A stretch of DNA of 47,248 nt, filler included, from Catajapyx aquilonaris (GCA_000934665.2; 2 parts of 2 records of this genome joined end to end with filler, not necessarily neighbours in it); one strand, 5' to 3'; positions 1-26,149 are shown, counted from the first letter of the whole stretch. Numbers and translations are program-made. The notes: generated by a model not told the origin, from the letters alone.

Positions 1-129
1 GCACTCTCCACATGACGATGTCCGAACACGACCAGTTGCCAGGTAACGCCAAAGTCGTTGTTTACACTTGTTATATGCTATTGTGTCCAGCACTGTACTA
101 TTTTCTGCATTCAAATCCACACCCCATAC

Positions 130-440
130 ACACACACAAGCTTGCATGGCATTATGTGGGGACATGGCTAACACAACTTTTGAAACCTAGTTTATCCTAA
201 CATAAACTATGCTAACCTACCCTAACGTGACCTACCCTACCCAACTAACCTAGTCTGAGATAAATGGATTTTTGAAGAACCCAATTGTGGGGACATGTCC
301 CCACTAAAGCAGTACCTAGTCAGGTGTTTTAACTATGGGGACTGAAAATGTCCCCACAATTTGGAAATGTCCCCACAGTTACAGTTAAAACACCAATTTC
401 CATCCCCACAGCTAATGTAAGACCAATACACCCACACACA
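130..440. mobile_element. TGGGGACA-repeat non-autonomous element (relative of 36974-37290, opposite orientation)
   Basis: Multiple tgtggggaca/tgtccccaca motifs, a degenerate (CCTAA/CCTAC) block, and CA-rich flanks. Confidence 0.65.
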
Positions 441-2876
441 CCCCACCGAGTTTCACGTGTGTCCATTGCAGCATCACTTCCCAAAAAACCTCAAGTCATA
501 AAATAGGACATCTGCAGATGCTTTTTAACTTTAGCAGCCAATCAGTCAGAAAGACAGCCAAGTCACCAGCCCATTCTACACCAAAGCTAATAATTGTCCA
601 TAAAAGCTTTTTAAAATGTTCAGAATGTAGGTAAGGGTAGCAAAGATGTTGGCCCTCATCATGCACTGGGAGATTGAAATATGTGCAACATCTGTGTCTA
701 TGATTGCACTCTCCATCCTCCGCATTTTACATGGGTCTTGAAAATTGGCTATCAAACATCGTCAAGGTTTGGATGATCTTATTATGTACAGTTTGACTGT
801 TCCATTTGGGTAAACATAACTTGCTAATGACCTGAAGGAGTTACAGTCCAGTTAACCTGGTAGCCAGTAATGGGAGAGCTATATTGAAAAAAGAGCAATA
901 GGCATATCACCGAACCAAACCATCGATAGTATCTGATAAAAGAACTGGCACAAAGAGAAATGTTTTTAAAATGTGTAATTTTCTACACAGCACTATCATA
1001 CAAACCAATAGGTAAAGATCCCAAAATTTGCCCAGCGAAGTTGCCAACTTGCAATTTCAAGTTATTTACAAACAATTGATTTTCCAAATGTGCTATGACA
1101 CATACCGATCAACTCTATACTCATAGTTTCTTAATTCTTCTTGTGATATCATTGGGACTCGTTATAGACTTTCCAGTCTTTCCAGTGCTTGTCCAGTTGA
1201 CATCATCAAAAAGCTGGAGGTACTTAAAGAATCGTCCCGTAATGTCGTAGAATCTACTCTCCCATCCTGGAAGCTCAGGTAATGCATGAAAAACAAATAG
1301 GCTACTTCGATTCAGGTACATTATATTAAAACCACAACAAAACCCAAATATAATCCCTTGTGCCTCTATCTGTGAACCTAACTTGGCGCCATGACAATGT
1401 TGAAGTGTAAAATAATACAGTGAAACCTCATTAATTAAAATTAATTAATTAAACCCTATCTAGTCATGAGTTGATAATGTTCCAAATCATAATGCTGAAA
1501 CTGCACCATTTCAGATTTCAGATACAGATACACACTGGTTGCCTACTTCCAGAAGTGATCCTGTTCATGAAAGTTGGGTTTTTCATGGCAAATGAGTTAT
1601 ATCGGCACATACAAAAGTGAGAGAGATAACAATACACTGCCTCTTTCTCAGTGCTGCTTCCCCATATACTGCACAAATAGGTATCATATGAAATGGATTT
1701 GGGTATCAATAACAGGTAGGGAAAAACTGCTAGTCCAGCCAAATTGTCATGGTTTCCATAAGCCTGAAAATTCTGCCATGCCACATCGATCTTCCATCCC
1801 AAAAAAAACCCACTCTTCCATCCTGTCTGACACCTTTGAATTACCACGAAGAGATGCATTCATATGGCACTGACAATAGTCAGGAGGTGGCATGTACACT
1901 CGCGAGCATAAAGATGGAGACGGCCGGCCCTCACCTTCGGCAGGCTGCTCTGTCAATCTCAGCAATTACGGTATCAAATATACTGTCATAAATACACGGA
2001 CACACGCTTGAAGCAGCAAACTCGGTCCAAAAAATAGTTCATTAATTTGAGTCGGATAAAGAATTGTCAAAAAAGGGCCTGCCGTCTCCATCTTTATGCT
2101 CGCGGGGGTACCTTTTTAAGGGGATGCAGTGTGGGGGTTGTGGCTGAATTTTCAGGTTTGATCAGGGAAGTACTGTACACTATGGTGCGGACTGTAGTTT
2201 CAACATATATGAACTCGACTTACTGGACAATGCCACTTTGGACAACCGAATGTGTCCCCTTCCCACCAAAAAGGGCCTTGGGTGTAGTGGTTACACACGT
2301 GGTCAAGAAGGCCTGCGATTGAGCCAACCACCCATTGATTAGTCCTTTACATAATGTGACCCTTGGAGTTGGCCTGGAGGATATCTTTCCACAAAATTGG
2401 AAGGCCAAATTGTGGACAGACCCGATAATTGGAAGCTTGAACTTCGAAAATATGAAGTTGAGTGTTTCAGCTGTGACTTCAAATCGAATTTAAAATGATG
2501 TGTATTTCTAATTAAGTGGATTAAATAGCATGTAAAGTCATATTAAATTGGCTAGGGAATGGGTATCACTTCAAATGAAATCATATTTAAAATTAGCTGA
2601 TTTCGAAGTAACAAGGTTTTCACCATATTTCTATTAAAATGTGAATAGTCCCGCAATAAAATCAAATCTTTTCTACAAATCAGTCTTTGGCAAAAAGATT
2701 CGTTCTCCATGTGTAAGCCATGCGTAAAAGTGTAAACCGTTGTGTCAACATAAAACATCACTTGGTAATACTGCATGATTGTCGTATTTGTTGCTTTGTT
2801 ATCCAACACTACTTGGTTTGATGAACAATGTTATGAGCAAGAATTCCTGCATAGTGAATATTGTGAAGGCACATTG

Positions 2877-15222
<12,346 letters not shown>

Positions 15223-15381
15223 AATTGCACGTGTTAAAATGGGAGAGATCGCTTATTGTTTATCTGACTGCAGCTGCGTAAATAGTTATCATTAGCACAA
15301 GTAAATAATGCATGTCCATACGCAACTACGGCCATGACTTGAATCACAGCTACGCCTACATGGCCAGCAATCTAACGTTCG

Positions 15382-15430
15382 ATTGGAGGGCCCGCCAACA
15401 TCACTGACGTCAGTTGCTTGCTGGACCAAT
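15382..15430. promoter_or_regulatory. Candidate IRE1 proximal promoter: ATTGG - CRE palindrome - CCAAT
   Basis: ATTGG 15382-15386, 12-bp palindrome ACTGACGTCAGT 15403-15414, CCAAT 15426-15430 followed by TGACG; 160-210 nt upstream of the IRE1 ATG. Confidence 0.5.
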
Positions 15431-17726
15431 CAAGTGACGCGTAGGAAAGTACGGTATACCGTATTTAGAGAATCAAAACTTGCATACTTCCACCGACAGA
15501 GGCGCTTGTAGACATCATATACGTGTCCATCAAATTACCCTAATACGTTATTATACTAAATCATATTGTGAGATTTAGCTCTTAAAAATGAGTTCGTGTT
15601 TGTAAAAATACAGGTGTTTTAAATAGATCGCAAATGAAAGAAAAACAAAGAGCAATTTGGCAGCATTGTTACTTCTGCTATTCATGTCTCTTGCATAGGA
15701 GGCGTGACGATGCAAGGAGGAAAAAAGACAAAAAAAAAGAGAACGTAATTGATTTTAGAACTTAGTTTAGTTACGATTCCCTCCAATGTGCATCATTTTA
15801 TGACCGCCTGTACAAGTTTTGGACGCATTGCCTAGGCCTCAGACCAGGGATGACTTGGTGTACCGCAGGGTAAATAGCCCAGGAATACTTTTTTTCGCAA
15901 ATGCAGGCGCAATTTGCTGGGTTTTTGAATGAGAAGAACTCAAGACCTCCTGCGGGGTGAGTGGTGCTTTCTGCTTCCGTTTGTAATATGCCTGTCATAG
16001 AATTAGCCTGTCATAGTCCTACGGTTGTTGGTTTTCGGGTGACAAACATGATAAGAGGGACCGAGTTGTTGTTCCAGTATCTGAATTATCATAACTGATG
16101 ACACCGCCACACTGACATTTGCTTCTAGTTGTACCCTCATTTGCAGCGGTGTTGCATGCACTTGGTCTTTTAATAATGCCGAAGGTTTGGGCATTTGAAA
16201 GGAGCATGTAGGTAGTTGTGGCAGCAGCCAGCAGCGCACTGAATGCATTTTCCTGTCAGTTTTCTGAAAATAAAAAATAGCCTCGCCTTACCCATTCGAA
16301 CTTACTGATGTATTCAAATACACTGCAGCAAGCATAATCACATGCCTGCGCACCGCTCTCGCTCTTGTCAGTGTGAGCGCCAAGCTGTTCCAAAGTCATG
16401 CTCTTGTTTACGCTAATGGAAATTGGTTCAGTGTTTGTTTGCGTTGCGTTATGCTTGCCATTTTGTCTTCAGGGTGAAATTTCTTATCTTTTAATTAACT
16501 GAAACTAATACACATAATAAGGTGCAATGGATATGTGGCAAAGGGTGGTAGTTAAGTGAAGGGTGGACCTGCATGAGTTAGAAACTTTCCAAGTTAACAT
16601 AGTAATGTCAGGGAGCATTTATATGCTCCCTGGTAATGTAGAGTCTCAAGGCCAAGTAGGGAACCTGTAAATGCATAAGAGGGTCAAGTATAACTCAATG
16701 CATGTTGCAAAAATATAATATCCACATGTCTAAATACTTCTCTATTATTGCATCATTACTTGTATGTGCTATGGAAAAAGTGATAGGAATAGTAAGAAAA
16801 TATTTAGAGCATGACTTATTTTTGCAATCACTTCATTCATCTAAACAAAGAGCTTGTATACTTGTGCAAAGATTGTAACTGAAATAAGGTCACACAAGTT
16901 TGTTTATTGAAGGAGTCAATTACATCATACTTATGGGCATATATGTTGTCATATTTTTGTCACAAAGACTTATCAGCTGTCTATCCATAAGTAGTGCTTA
17001 GCATTTGCCAAAAAGATAAGTGGGAGGCAGCTCTCATTAAACTTTGCTCAGTCCAGTTTTTGTGGCATGACCAAAATGTAGCATTTCCTGGATCATTGAT
17101 CATATATTATTATTCAGTGACTCCGATGTATTGGCAATACTGTTAAATGGTGAAATAAGAGAGCAACAAAAATACTGTTGACTCTAGTCACTACCACATG
17201 TCAAATTATCAAAACTACTATTTAACGTTACTTGCCAGAAATACTCATAAGAATGTGCAATATGGCTATTTATGGCCCTAGTCTCGTCTCCCAATGGATT
17301 GCAACTATATTATAGAACCATCTAAAATGTTTGAATCGAATGACAAGCACCTCATGGGTAAACTACCTCCATGTCCAGAGTAGGGTCCTCATGCAGATAT
17401 GTTATCAGCCAAATGATTAGGTTTGAGGTGATGCCATCAGTTTTACAATGGATGACTTAGCTATGTCGATATATTACAAACCAGATGGATAACACTGTAA
17501 GTAAATACACAAGATTAATGCATTCCCCTTCTATGGAACATTGAACTTATTAAGCATGAGTCTTGACGTAAATAACTTGAAGCAAAGCAAGGTTAAGAAT
17601 CTTGCAGAGCAGGTTAGTATGATTACCCTTAGAGTCCACCTAAATTCTTTCATCCCAGTGCATGTTTCAAGGATCATCTTCCTGTTTCAGGTATTCAGAA
17701 CTGAGACATTCCAGAATTTTAAAGCT

Positions 17727-20700
17727 ATGAGTAACAGAAAATTTTCTGGGGGGAAAATATCTTTGGGAAAGTTACGAGGTAAGCCACACTTATGATTACT
17801 TTGCAAGTGAATTTTTGGAAGCCAATAGCGCATGCTAGCTTGAAAATTTGTTGTTGTCAAGTTGGCCTGCACCCAACAGTACCTGCATTTATTTGTATTC
17901 TGTAACTTAAGAAATGTAGCCAATATTTTTGTTCAATAATTTAAAATGATTGCGATGAGCTCCTGTTTTGTGTTGAAGAACCTCTCTAACCTAAGCTAGA
18001 TTTGCTGATTTATTCACTTGCATCAATTATGTTGTTGTTAGCAGTGTTTTAATGAGCCATTATCTCCTAGACATGTTGTCATAGCTATGGCCATGGATTT
18101 ACTTCACTGTCATTAACACATATAACTTATGGCCTGTACCAACTGATATCTATTACCATCTATTATCACTAATTAATTACCGGTGTGTAGTGAAAGGGGA
18201 AGCTATTGGACAGGTGTTTTTTTTTTAAACTTCAAATAACCTTTTAAGTATTCCACATGTAAACTGCATTGGTGGTAGTAGTAGCTTGCATGATTTCATT
18301 ACTAACATCAGGAATCCATAGGATAAACTGTTGCTAGCATTACTTTCAAGATGCCATCATCATAGAAGTTTTGTTGATGTAGTCCCACATTTCACCACTG
18401 ACTGACTTGTGTCAGCTCATTGCTGCGTGATGTTTTGATGTTGCTGAACAAGGCAGCATCTATATTACTTTTATGAGGTCAAACCCTTGTAAGCTGATAA
18501 ATCCATGACCTCCATGATCCATGACTATGAGAAATGTTAGAAACCTCGATATAGTGGCTCCCAATGTATTGACCCTCTTGAGTCAGTGATTTTCTCTTTT
18601 TAAGGCAAATCTGCCGTAACATCTGTTCCAACATTTTGCTTCACACCTGGAAATGAGGATTTGAAAGAACTTCCACCAGAAACTAGCAGCAAGGAAGAGG
18701 AGAGTGATATCAAAGAAGGTACATTGAGTGACTGAAAATTCTCTTGTTTTGTGGACGTATCAGTGTGTATTTTTTTTTGCCTGTCACTTATTAATATTTT
18801 CCTGTTTGTTCTGGCTTGTGTTAGGGGTGGATTTTCTTTGATTTAGGTTCTTTAGCTTTGTGTTATGTATGGTTATTTTGCTTATCTTAGTGTAATATGT
18901 GAAGATAGGTTTTTTTCAGAAGCAAAAAAGTGTGTTGAATTGTTATGTCTGAATGTGGCAATGTTTGTTGTGTTACGATCAGGTACAAATACGAAGGTAC
19001 AACAAAAATGAAACTGATGCAAGCAAATAGATGTTAATGGGGAGCTGGAATTTTGAAACGTAGCACACAGCTCAAAAGGCACAAGCAGCTGTTAAACAGG
19101 TCCATCCAGCTGTCCTAGTTTGATTTTTAAAGTTATTAATATGCTGATCCTAGTCTTTAATCCCCATATTGGACATGCTACATCCTATTATTCCTATTAT
19201 TATCAAAACACTCCAGAAGTATTTTTGGGTATAAAGACAAACTAATATTATTAACCTAAGCGGATGCAAATGTAAATTAAGCAAATAAGAACAAAACTGC
19301 TTAAAGTTCAGTAGGCTGTATCCTGCTTCAAATATAATCTTTTTGAAAGCATATTAAATTAATCTGTGGGTACCCTTTGAGAAATATTAGATTTTCCTAT
19401 CAGAATGAAAGAGGTGCATATCAACTCCTTAAAATATTGCCATGATCATGACCATGGCAGTAGCCAGGGGGGGGGGGGGGNNNNNNNNNNNNNNNNNNNN
19501 NNNNNNNNNNNNNNNNNNNNNNNNNNNNNNNNNNNNNNNNNNNNNNNNNNNNNNNNNNNNNNNNNNNNNNNNNNNNNNNNNNNNNNNNNNNNNNNNNNNN
19601 NNNNNNNNNNNNNNNNNNNNNNNNNNNNNNNNNNNNNNNNNNNNNNNNNNNNNNNNNNNNNNNNNNNNNNNNNNNNNNNNNNNNNNNNNNNNNNNNNNNN
19701 NNNNNNNNNNNNNNNNNNNNNNNNNNNNNNNNNNNNNNNNNNCCCCCCCCCCTCCTCCCCCCAACCTAAATCCTGGCTACGCCCATGATTTAGACCCAGT
19801 CTTTAGCAGTTGAACCTGAACTATGATGTGCTCTGCAATAGTGCATTTCCACCACTACTTCATAGTACAATACTGTGAGGAAATAAGGCTTGTAATATGA
19901 TTTTGTAAATTTTGCAAAAACTCTCCTGATTCACGTAAGTGATATTAGCCTAGGGCATTATTTGCAACTTTAAAGTGAAAACTGTGCAGGATGGCTGAGT
20001 CTCAGGGATCAATAAATTACTGTCATGGTACTTCAAATAGTAGCTTACAGTCCCATGATCATAGAGAATCGCCTAAGGGTGGATTATATAATGGAAACAG
20101 GTTATTTCTGTAATTTTCCCCTATTTCATATTCTCTTTTTTTTGCATGATGGCCTTGAATGGCCCTGGTTTTTAATGCTATGGGGAAATTACACTGACCT
20201 TCACTATCCTTATTGCAGAGGGAGGAAAAGCTTCTGAAAGAGTGGAATGTGAACCTGGGACATCAGCCATGTTAGAATTGTTTCACGTCCCCCACGATTT
20301 GGACTGCACTACGGATGTGGCTCCAGCATGTACAGGTATACTGGGTTCTTCACCCATCAAAGAATCTCTGCAGAAGACGGGGAAGCGATCATCCAGTTTA
20401 GACAGCGCAAGTTCAGCAACCACATCGACTGACACTTGGAATGTCTTTCTGCATGAGATCAAGGGAAAAATCACAAGGAAGGTGGAGAAACTAGGGGATA
20501 GGCGCACAAAGATTAGGAGCATAAGCGAAACCAAAGAGTCTGTGAGTGTGAGTGATACTGAAGAGTATTTGGACAATTCAGGCCCAAGCAAATCAGAGGC
20601 AAGGAGTGAAAGCAAAGAGTTAGAAGACTTGCCTCACATTTTACCTCACGTTTGCACAGCAAGCGGGGAGCTCTTTAGTGCAGGGGAAGAGTTGAAAGGT

Positions 20701-23200
20701 GGGAAAACAAAGCAGCCAACGGGATTTTTAGCCAACCTTATCACATCTGAGCAATCACTCCAGGACCGTATTAGGCCAAAATTAGCTGACCTAAGAAACC
20801 TGCGCAGGATTCCATCAGGAGACTTTGTGATTCCCATGTCCACTTTGACTTCAGAGGAAGCTGCTTCAAGTGCATTGCCTGCCAAGTCGGAGGAAGTGGA
20901 GTCAGGAGTCGAGGCTGAGGAGGCCCTCTCAGTGGACACCCGAGCTGACTCCCAAGTCCTTAAACCAACATTGCCAATTCCTCACCAGCCTGAAACCAAA
21001 AGCCAGAGCACTGCCATGTCACTGTTGTCCTGTGTGATGTGGGTCAACCCCTTGTACTTGATTAGCACCATAGTTGTACTTTTCCTGCTGCCCATGTCTC
21101 CCTTCCTCATGGGCTTCTTGCTTGGAGGTGCTTTAATGGCGCTAGCTTTTGGAATCCTGTACATATTCACGAAGCCTCAGCGTGTGAAAGGGCTGCTGAT
21201 ACCAGACTACAGCAAGCTACCACCTCTGGAAAATTTAGTTAAGGAATATGCTCCTCTGGAGAGATATGAGGTAAGGATGAAAGGTAAATGCATTGGTACT
21301 TGTAATTAGAGTATGGCCCATATAGAGCCCATAAGACCCATGTGATGACCTTTTGGGGTTGTCGTTGTCCAGTTAGTAGGTTGCGGTTTTTTTAAGCATG
21401 TTTAGACTACATTCCATCATCAGGTCAAGCATCTTTCCAGGAGCAGCATCAGGATTTTAGGAAGAGGCCAAAGGGAAAATTTGATGCTGGGAGGGAGGGG
21501 TAAGAAAAAACAGTGGCCAGAAAACAGCTAGACCAGAAAAAAGGTGCAGAAAGTAACATTTGGATATCGTGGAAGTGAACCAAGGCCTATGCAAAGTGCT
21601 AAAAAGTACCCGGTTTTACCTTTTTTGAGCTGAACAGGACAGTTCTCGAGATGGAGACATGTGCTTAGTTGCATCTGACTTGATCATTAATGGTAATTAA
21701 AGTATCAGCAAAAATTAAGCTTCTCATACGTTCAAAAATATTGTTAGAACATCATTTGGAATGGCTCTTTTCTGATATCCAAGGATTGGTCAGGGAAGTG
21801 TTTATTATGTATACAGGTTGAGGTCAATCTGCATTTCAATTAAATCCTATGTCAGTTGTGGGATTGGTGAATCCTCTGGTAGAGGAGGTCATTATGTACC
21901 TATATCTCAAAGGACCTACTAGAAATATTCCACATTATGCTGCATCTAAAAGTGTGACCTGATACTGAGTGTGTCATGCATACTAATTTGGGAATTTCTG
22001 CTTTGGGTGTAGCCTTTTTGAGTTTTAATTAAATTGAATTATTTCTTATTCATTATTATTTATAAAGGTATAGTGCTTACCTCAGAGAGGTCTTGCACTG
22101 ACTTTGATTATTATACCATACATATTGAAACCTTTTTGTGAAGCCATGGTTGATTATTACAATAGAGCTCCTCATCTGAAACACATCTTGACACTTGCGC
22201 AGGAGTTCTTCAAAAAGAGAAATCTTTGCTTTCATTGCCTTAAATTGCTGATAAAATACTAACTGAACAAATTGTAAATTTGACTGAAATGAACTCGAAT
22301 TTCATGAGTAAAAATATTATTGCAGGTTTGTTTTCATATCGCAGAAGTGTTGACAATTAAAGTTACAAGGTATAACTGTTTTTCATGCGTGACTTTGGGT
22401 GCACTATGGTAGTGTCATGCTGTCATTATCTCATAACATTCCAGAATACTATCTCTCATTTCATGACCAGTCATCTCCATTTTTTGCTCATGATAGTACA
22501 TGCGAATTAAAGGAAACATAAATAATTAAATTGTGATTTTTTTGTCAATTACAGGGATGGATGAATGAACTCTTAAGTGAGTATGATCCACAAACATTTC
22601 ACATCCGGCAAACATATTCAGTGTTTGTTCGCCTGGAGGGTTCAATCATTCGCCTATCATATCCTCGTAAAGGAGTACCAAGGAGGGCAATGTGGAATGA
22701 ACCAAAAGTCAACCCTTATTTTATACATCAGAAAATGTATGACCTCTCGGATTGTGAAGTCCGACTCTTACCTGAAGGACTGTCACTCTTCAGGTTGGTA
22801 TGCTTTGTTAGTTTCTGTGACTGGAGTTATCAACTTTGCATTTCAGGCGTTGGCGGAAAAAATATCCAATTATTATTAAACTTCACAAGACATCAGACTT
22901 GAGCTTGTCGTCGAAAATTCTCCCCAAGAATGATCCATCGCCAACATTGTCAAGGTCATCTGATGTCACAGACAGTACTGTGGAGAGAAAATCCCTGCTA
23001 AACAATGGTGATGTTGTCTCATTAGAGAAACAGGACTCATTAGAAGAATCAGATGCAGCTTCAATTAAAGAAAAAGATGGCAAGGATTCTGATCAGAGCT
23101 CAATGGATGAAGATGACTCATTCTTGCATGTCACACGTGAGCTCTATGAAGGTTCCACTCTAATATTTTTTGCAAGGACAGATCGTGAAAAAGATGACTG
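17727..23200 (+). CDS. TEX2: Testis-expressed protein 2-like (TEX2/Nvj2 family ER lipid-transfer protein), 5' part only, truncated by the assembly join
   Basis: Exons 17727-17778, 18605-18718, 20219-21270, 22555-22793, 22847-23200 splice in frame. N-terminal GKSAVTSVP motif, long Ser/Glu-rich region, two TM helices (LYLISTIVVLFLLP; FLMGFLLGGALMALAFGILY), and PH-like motifs GWMNE..YDPQTFH..T.SVFVRLEG..IRLS.P, LLPEGL..R.W.KKYPI, FARTDREKDDW. The expected C-terminal SMP domain exons are absent from the window. Confidence 0.88.
19481..19742. other. Assembly gap inside a small TIR element in TEX2 intron 2
   Basis: 262 N between a G run and a C run, flanked by inverted ends catggcagtagccagg / cctggctacgcccatg. 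Confidence 0.85.
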
Positions 23201-23482
23201 GTAAGTTAAAATTGTTCATAAACTTTCATCAACCTTGACATAAGTGTAGTGACCTTTTACTTTTATCTTGCACTGGCCTACCCATGAGCCCTGTTGAGAC
23301 AAAAGAGTGTATTTAGTCAGTGTTTCTCCACCCTGGGTGATTAAATTCCCAACTTGAGGATTACTATATTTCAGGAATGGTTTAGTGTGCACTAAAGAAA
23401 TGTCAGTAGAAGTTGCAGCAAGAATATACTCTTAGAAATTGTGACTTCTTCAAGATAGCTAGAGCAGTAGAGTAGCATAGAA

Positions 23483-23582
23483 NNNNNNNNNNNNNNNNNN
23501 NNNNNNNNNNNNNNNNNNNNNNNNNNTTAATTAATTAANNNNNNNNNNNNNNNNNNNNNNNNNNNNNNNNNNNNNNNNNNNN
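23483..23582. other. Artificial 100-bp contig spacer
   Basis: 44 N + TTAATTAATTAA (23527-23538, stops in all six frames) + 44 N. Genes on both sides are truncated. Confidence 0.93.
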
Positions 23583-25056
23583 AGAGGTTCCTCTTCCTGG
23601 CGGGGGTGGACACCTCCTCAGGGGTCCAGGGAGGTCATCCAGGGATGGCCAGGCTGCTCTCCAACTGCCACTTTTGCAACGGGGGTCATCCCGGGGTCGT
23701 CACTAGGGGATGGTTCGACCCTGAAAAGGAAGAAGTGATTCCATCCGGACTGGAGATATTTCCGGATTATTCCCGGAATCTGCACAATCGATTTCTCAAC
23801 GGATCATTCATGGTGGACCTGAGTAAAAACGAGCTTCAGTATTTCTTTGAAAACAAATTGCCCATGTTCCCAGAGATAATGGAACTCCTGCCCATCAGCC
23901 AGGCCATGAATTATGACTGGGTCATGGAATCCATCGAGGGGGAAGACGGGGTGCTACCGGATGTGCCTCTGCCAGACGGAAACTACACCGGAGCAACAGG
24001 AGTCATCCTCCGCAGAAAAGCAGTGTTTGGATTAACACATTGACTAAAGGTGGCATGTCCCTAGTGGTCGATATCAATTTTCCCCACGCGTTTGGCATCA
24101 TCACGTTCGTAACCAGGGCCCCTCGAGTGAGCTACACCTGGGACGCGATGCTCCGACCGTACACTCCGGACATGTGGGCGATGGTGATGGTCTCCGTAGT
24201 CTTTGGCAGCGCAGTCCTCGCCCTCCTCTTGAAGTGGAGTCCCCTCCCCCCCTTCCCTGGCCGCCCCTGGTCCTTCCCCCGCCTCCTCCTGTACTCCCTG
24301 AGGTACCTCTCCTCCACCCTGATCGAAGAGAACCCGAACCTGGTCCCCTCCACCCAACCACCCCGAATATTCATCTCCTTCTGGTGGGCCTTCTCCCTGG
24401 TCATCATCTGTGGGTACGAGGCCCTCTACTTCGGCTTCCTGGCCTCTCCCTTGATGGAGGACCTCCCGGAGACATTCAGGGAGCACCAGGAATGGCTCAA
24501 GTGGACATGGGGCACGATCGCGTTCGCCAAACCTTACATCGGCAGTGCTCTCCTGCGCCTGGAGTACTTCTCTTCAGTGGCGAGTAACCTGACAGATCAC
24601 GTGGACCTCAACACGTGTGTGCTCGAGGCCATCAACTCCGACCACTGCTGCATCGGTTCGCGCGAATTCCTGATAGCAGGAAGCTACCAGTTTGCGGACA
24701 AGGCCGGCAACCTGCAGACAAAATTTGCTAAAGAGAACGACTTGGTTGTTATCGGTGCTTTCCTGACCGAGAAGCACAGCCTAATCTCTCCGATCACATC
24801 CAGGATGAGCAAGTACATCAGAGAGTCCGGTGTCCACGAGAAGTTCCGTAGGTCATTCGATTATTCCTGTCTGGCCATGGGAATAGGTGATGCCCGAAAG
24901 AAGGACCTCCTCCTCAAGAGGCTGATGGCCCTCAATTTCACCCAGATGAGCAGTGCCTTCTATTTCCTATTAATATTCTCTTATGGGTTGGGTTTGCTCG
25001 TATTCTTTGCGGAAATCTGCACGTCACGTTCTATGCGTCATTTACTTAGGTTATGA
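23583..25056 (+). pseudogene. Divergent, intronless ionotropic receptor (IR/iGluR-like chemoreceptor), 5'-truncated, one frameshift near 24020-24045
   Basis: The frame of ORF 23606-24043 is open from the gap edge and ends in the S1 motif DGNYTGATGVILRRKAVFG. ORF 24040-25056 (another frame) continues VDINFP..ITFVTRAP, LRPYTPDMW + M1, RIFISFWWAFSLVIICGYEALYFGFLASP (M3-like), ESGVHEKF, and terminal TM ALNFTQMSSAFYFLL..GLLVFFAEI. AATAAA at 25351. Could be an intact gene with a sequencing indel. Confidence 0.8.
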
Positions 25057-26149
25057 CATCGCTCTGCAACAATAATGTTATGCTCATAATCCCAGTGCAC
25101 TGCATCAGTAATTTACACTTAACATGTTCATTGTTCAGGCGATTTCATCTCTATATCGCGTCAGAACCACATCTGCGTGCTATCCGTATAGCATAAAATA
25201 AGAAATGAACATGTCGTTTACACAAGTATAGTACAACCCACATTATCAGTAGTCGTATGCGACCTATTAGCTAGCCGAAAATTATGAACTATTTTCTGTC
25301 ATCGTACGCCAACAAAAAAGGCTATGGATATGTGTTGGTTTTGATTTTTCAATAAATATTATATCTGCCTTGTGAAACTTTCTTTAGCTGATCCTATACC
25401 CTGTTTTTTTTAAATTGCTATTATTATTATCTAGGATACCGATACTCTATACGGCAATGGCGGCGTAGCGTGGGGCAGATAATTAAATCCACGGCCAAAA
25501 ATTCAGACATATTTCCGGAAAGCTTTTCAATGCCGCTGATTTCAGATCCGACGTCAAAAATTCAAATTTCAAAATGGCTGATCCAAAATGGCGAACATTA
25601 TATGCAAGAAATGGTCACATCAGCGCAGCGTCAGAATTACCATCAGGGCGTTTCAGATGACGCTGATTTCAGATCCCATCTCAAACAAAGAGAATTCAAA
25701 ATGGCGAATCCAAAATGGCGGATAGTGCCTTTCCCTATGCGTTCCATTCCCAACATGGCTCAACACCGTCGCCTAGGAGACATCTGTCAACAAGCACCTC
25801 CTGGTGAGATGGAGTCTTCCTGGGTGTTCTGGTTGTTTACATCGCCATCAACAACCCATTCTGTGCCTGGCTGTTGGACTGGAAGGTCACAAGAGTGGTT
25901 GTTCCAACCCCAACATGGCTCAACACCGGAGACTCATTTTTACATAGATTTTACATAGTTTTATGTGGTTTTTTGTATATTTATATGTGTGTATTGTGCG
26001 TGTGTTTGTGTATCTGTATGTATTCATGTCATCCTTTTCATTATATCCTCTGCGTGGCCTGACCAGTCACCAGAGGATTCATTATACTGGTCGTTCGAGA
26101 TGGCCAGGTGGACTGTAAGGCCTACCTGGTCATCGCTGGTAACCCCATC

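Noticed and set aside
600..1990. Possible gene downstream of IRE1 (ORFs 1121-1321, 1518-1859, 1747-1965)
   Set aside because: Some exon-like edges, but I could not build a consistent spliced frame or recognise a domain.
19405..19813. ORFs spanning X runs
   Set aside because: Artefacts of the N gap.
24061..24587. Overlapping alternative-frame and antisense ORFs in the IR
   Set aside because: Shadow ORFs from C-rich codon usage.
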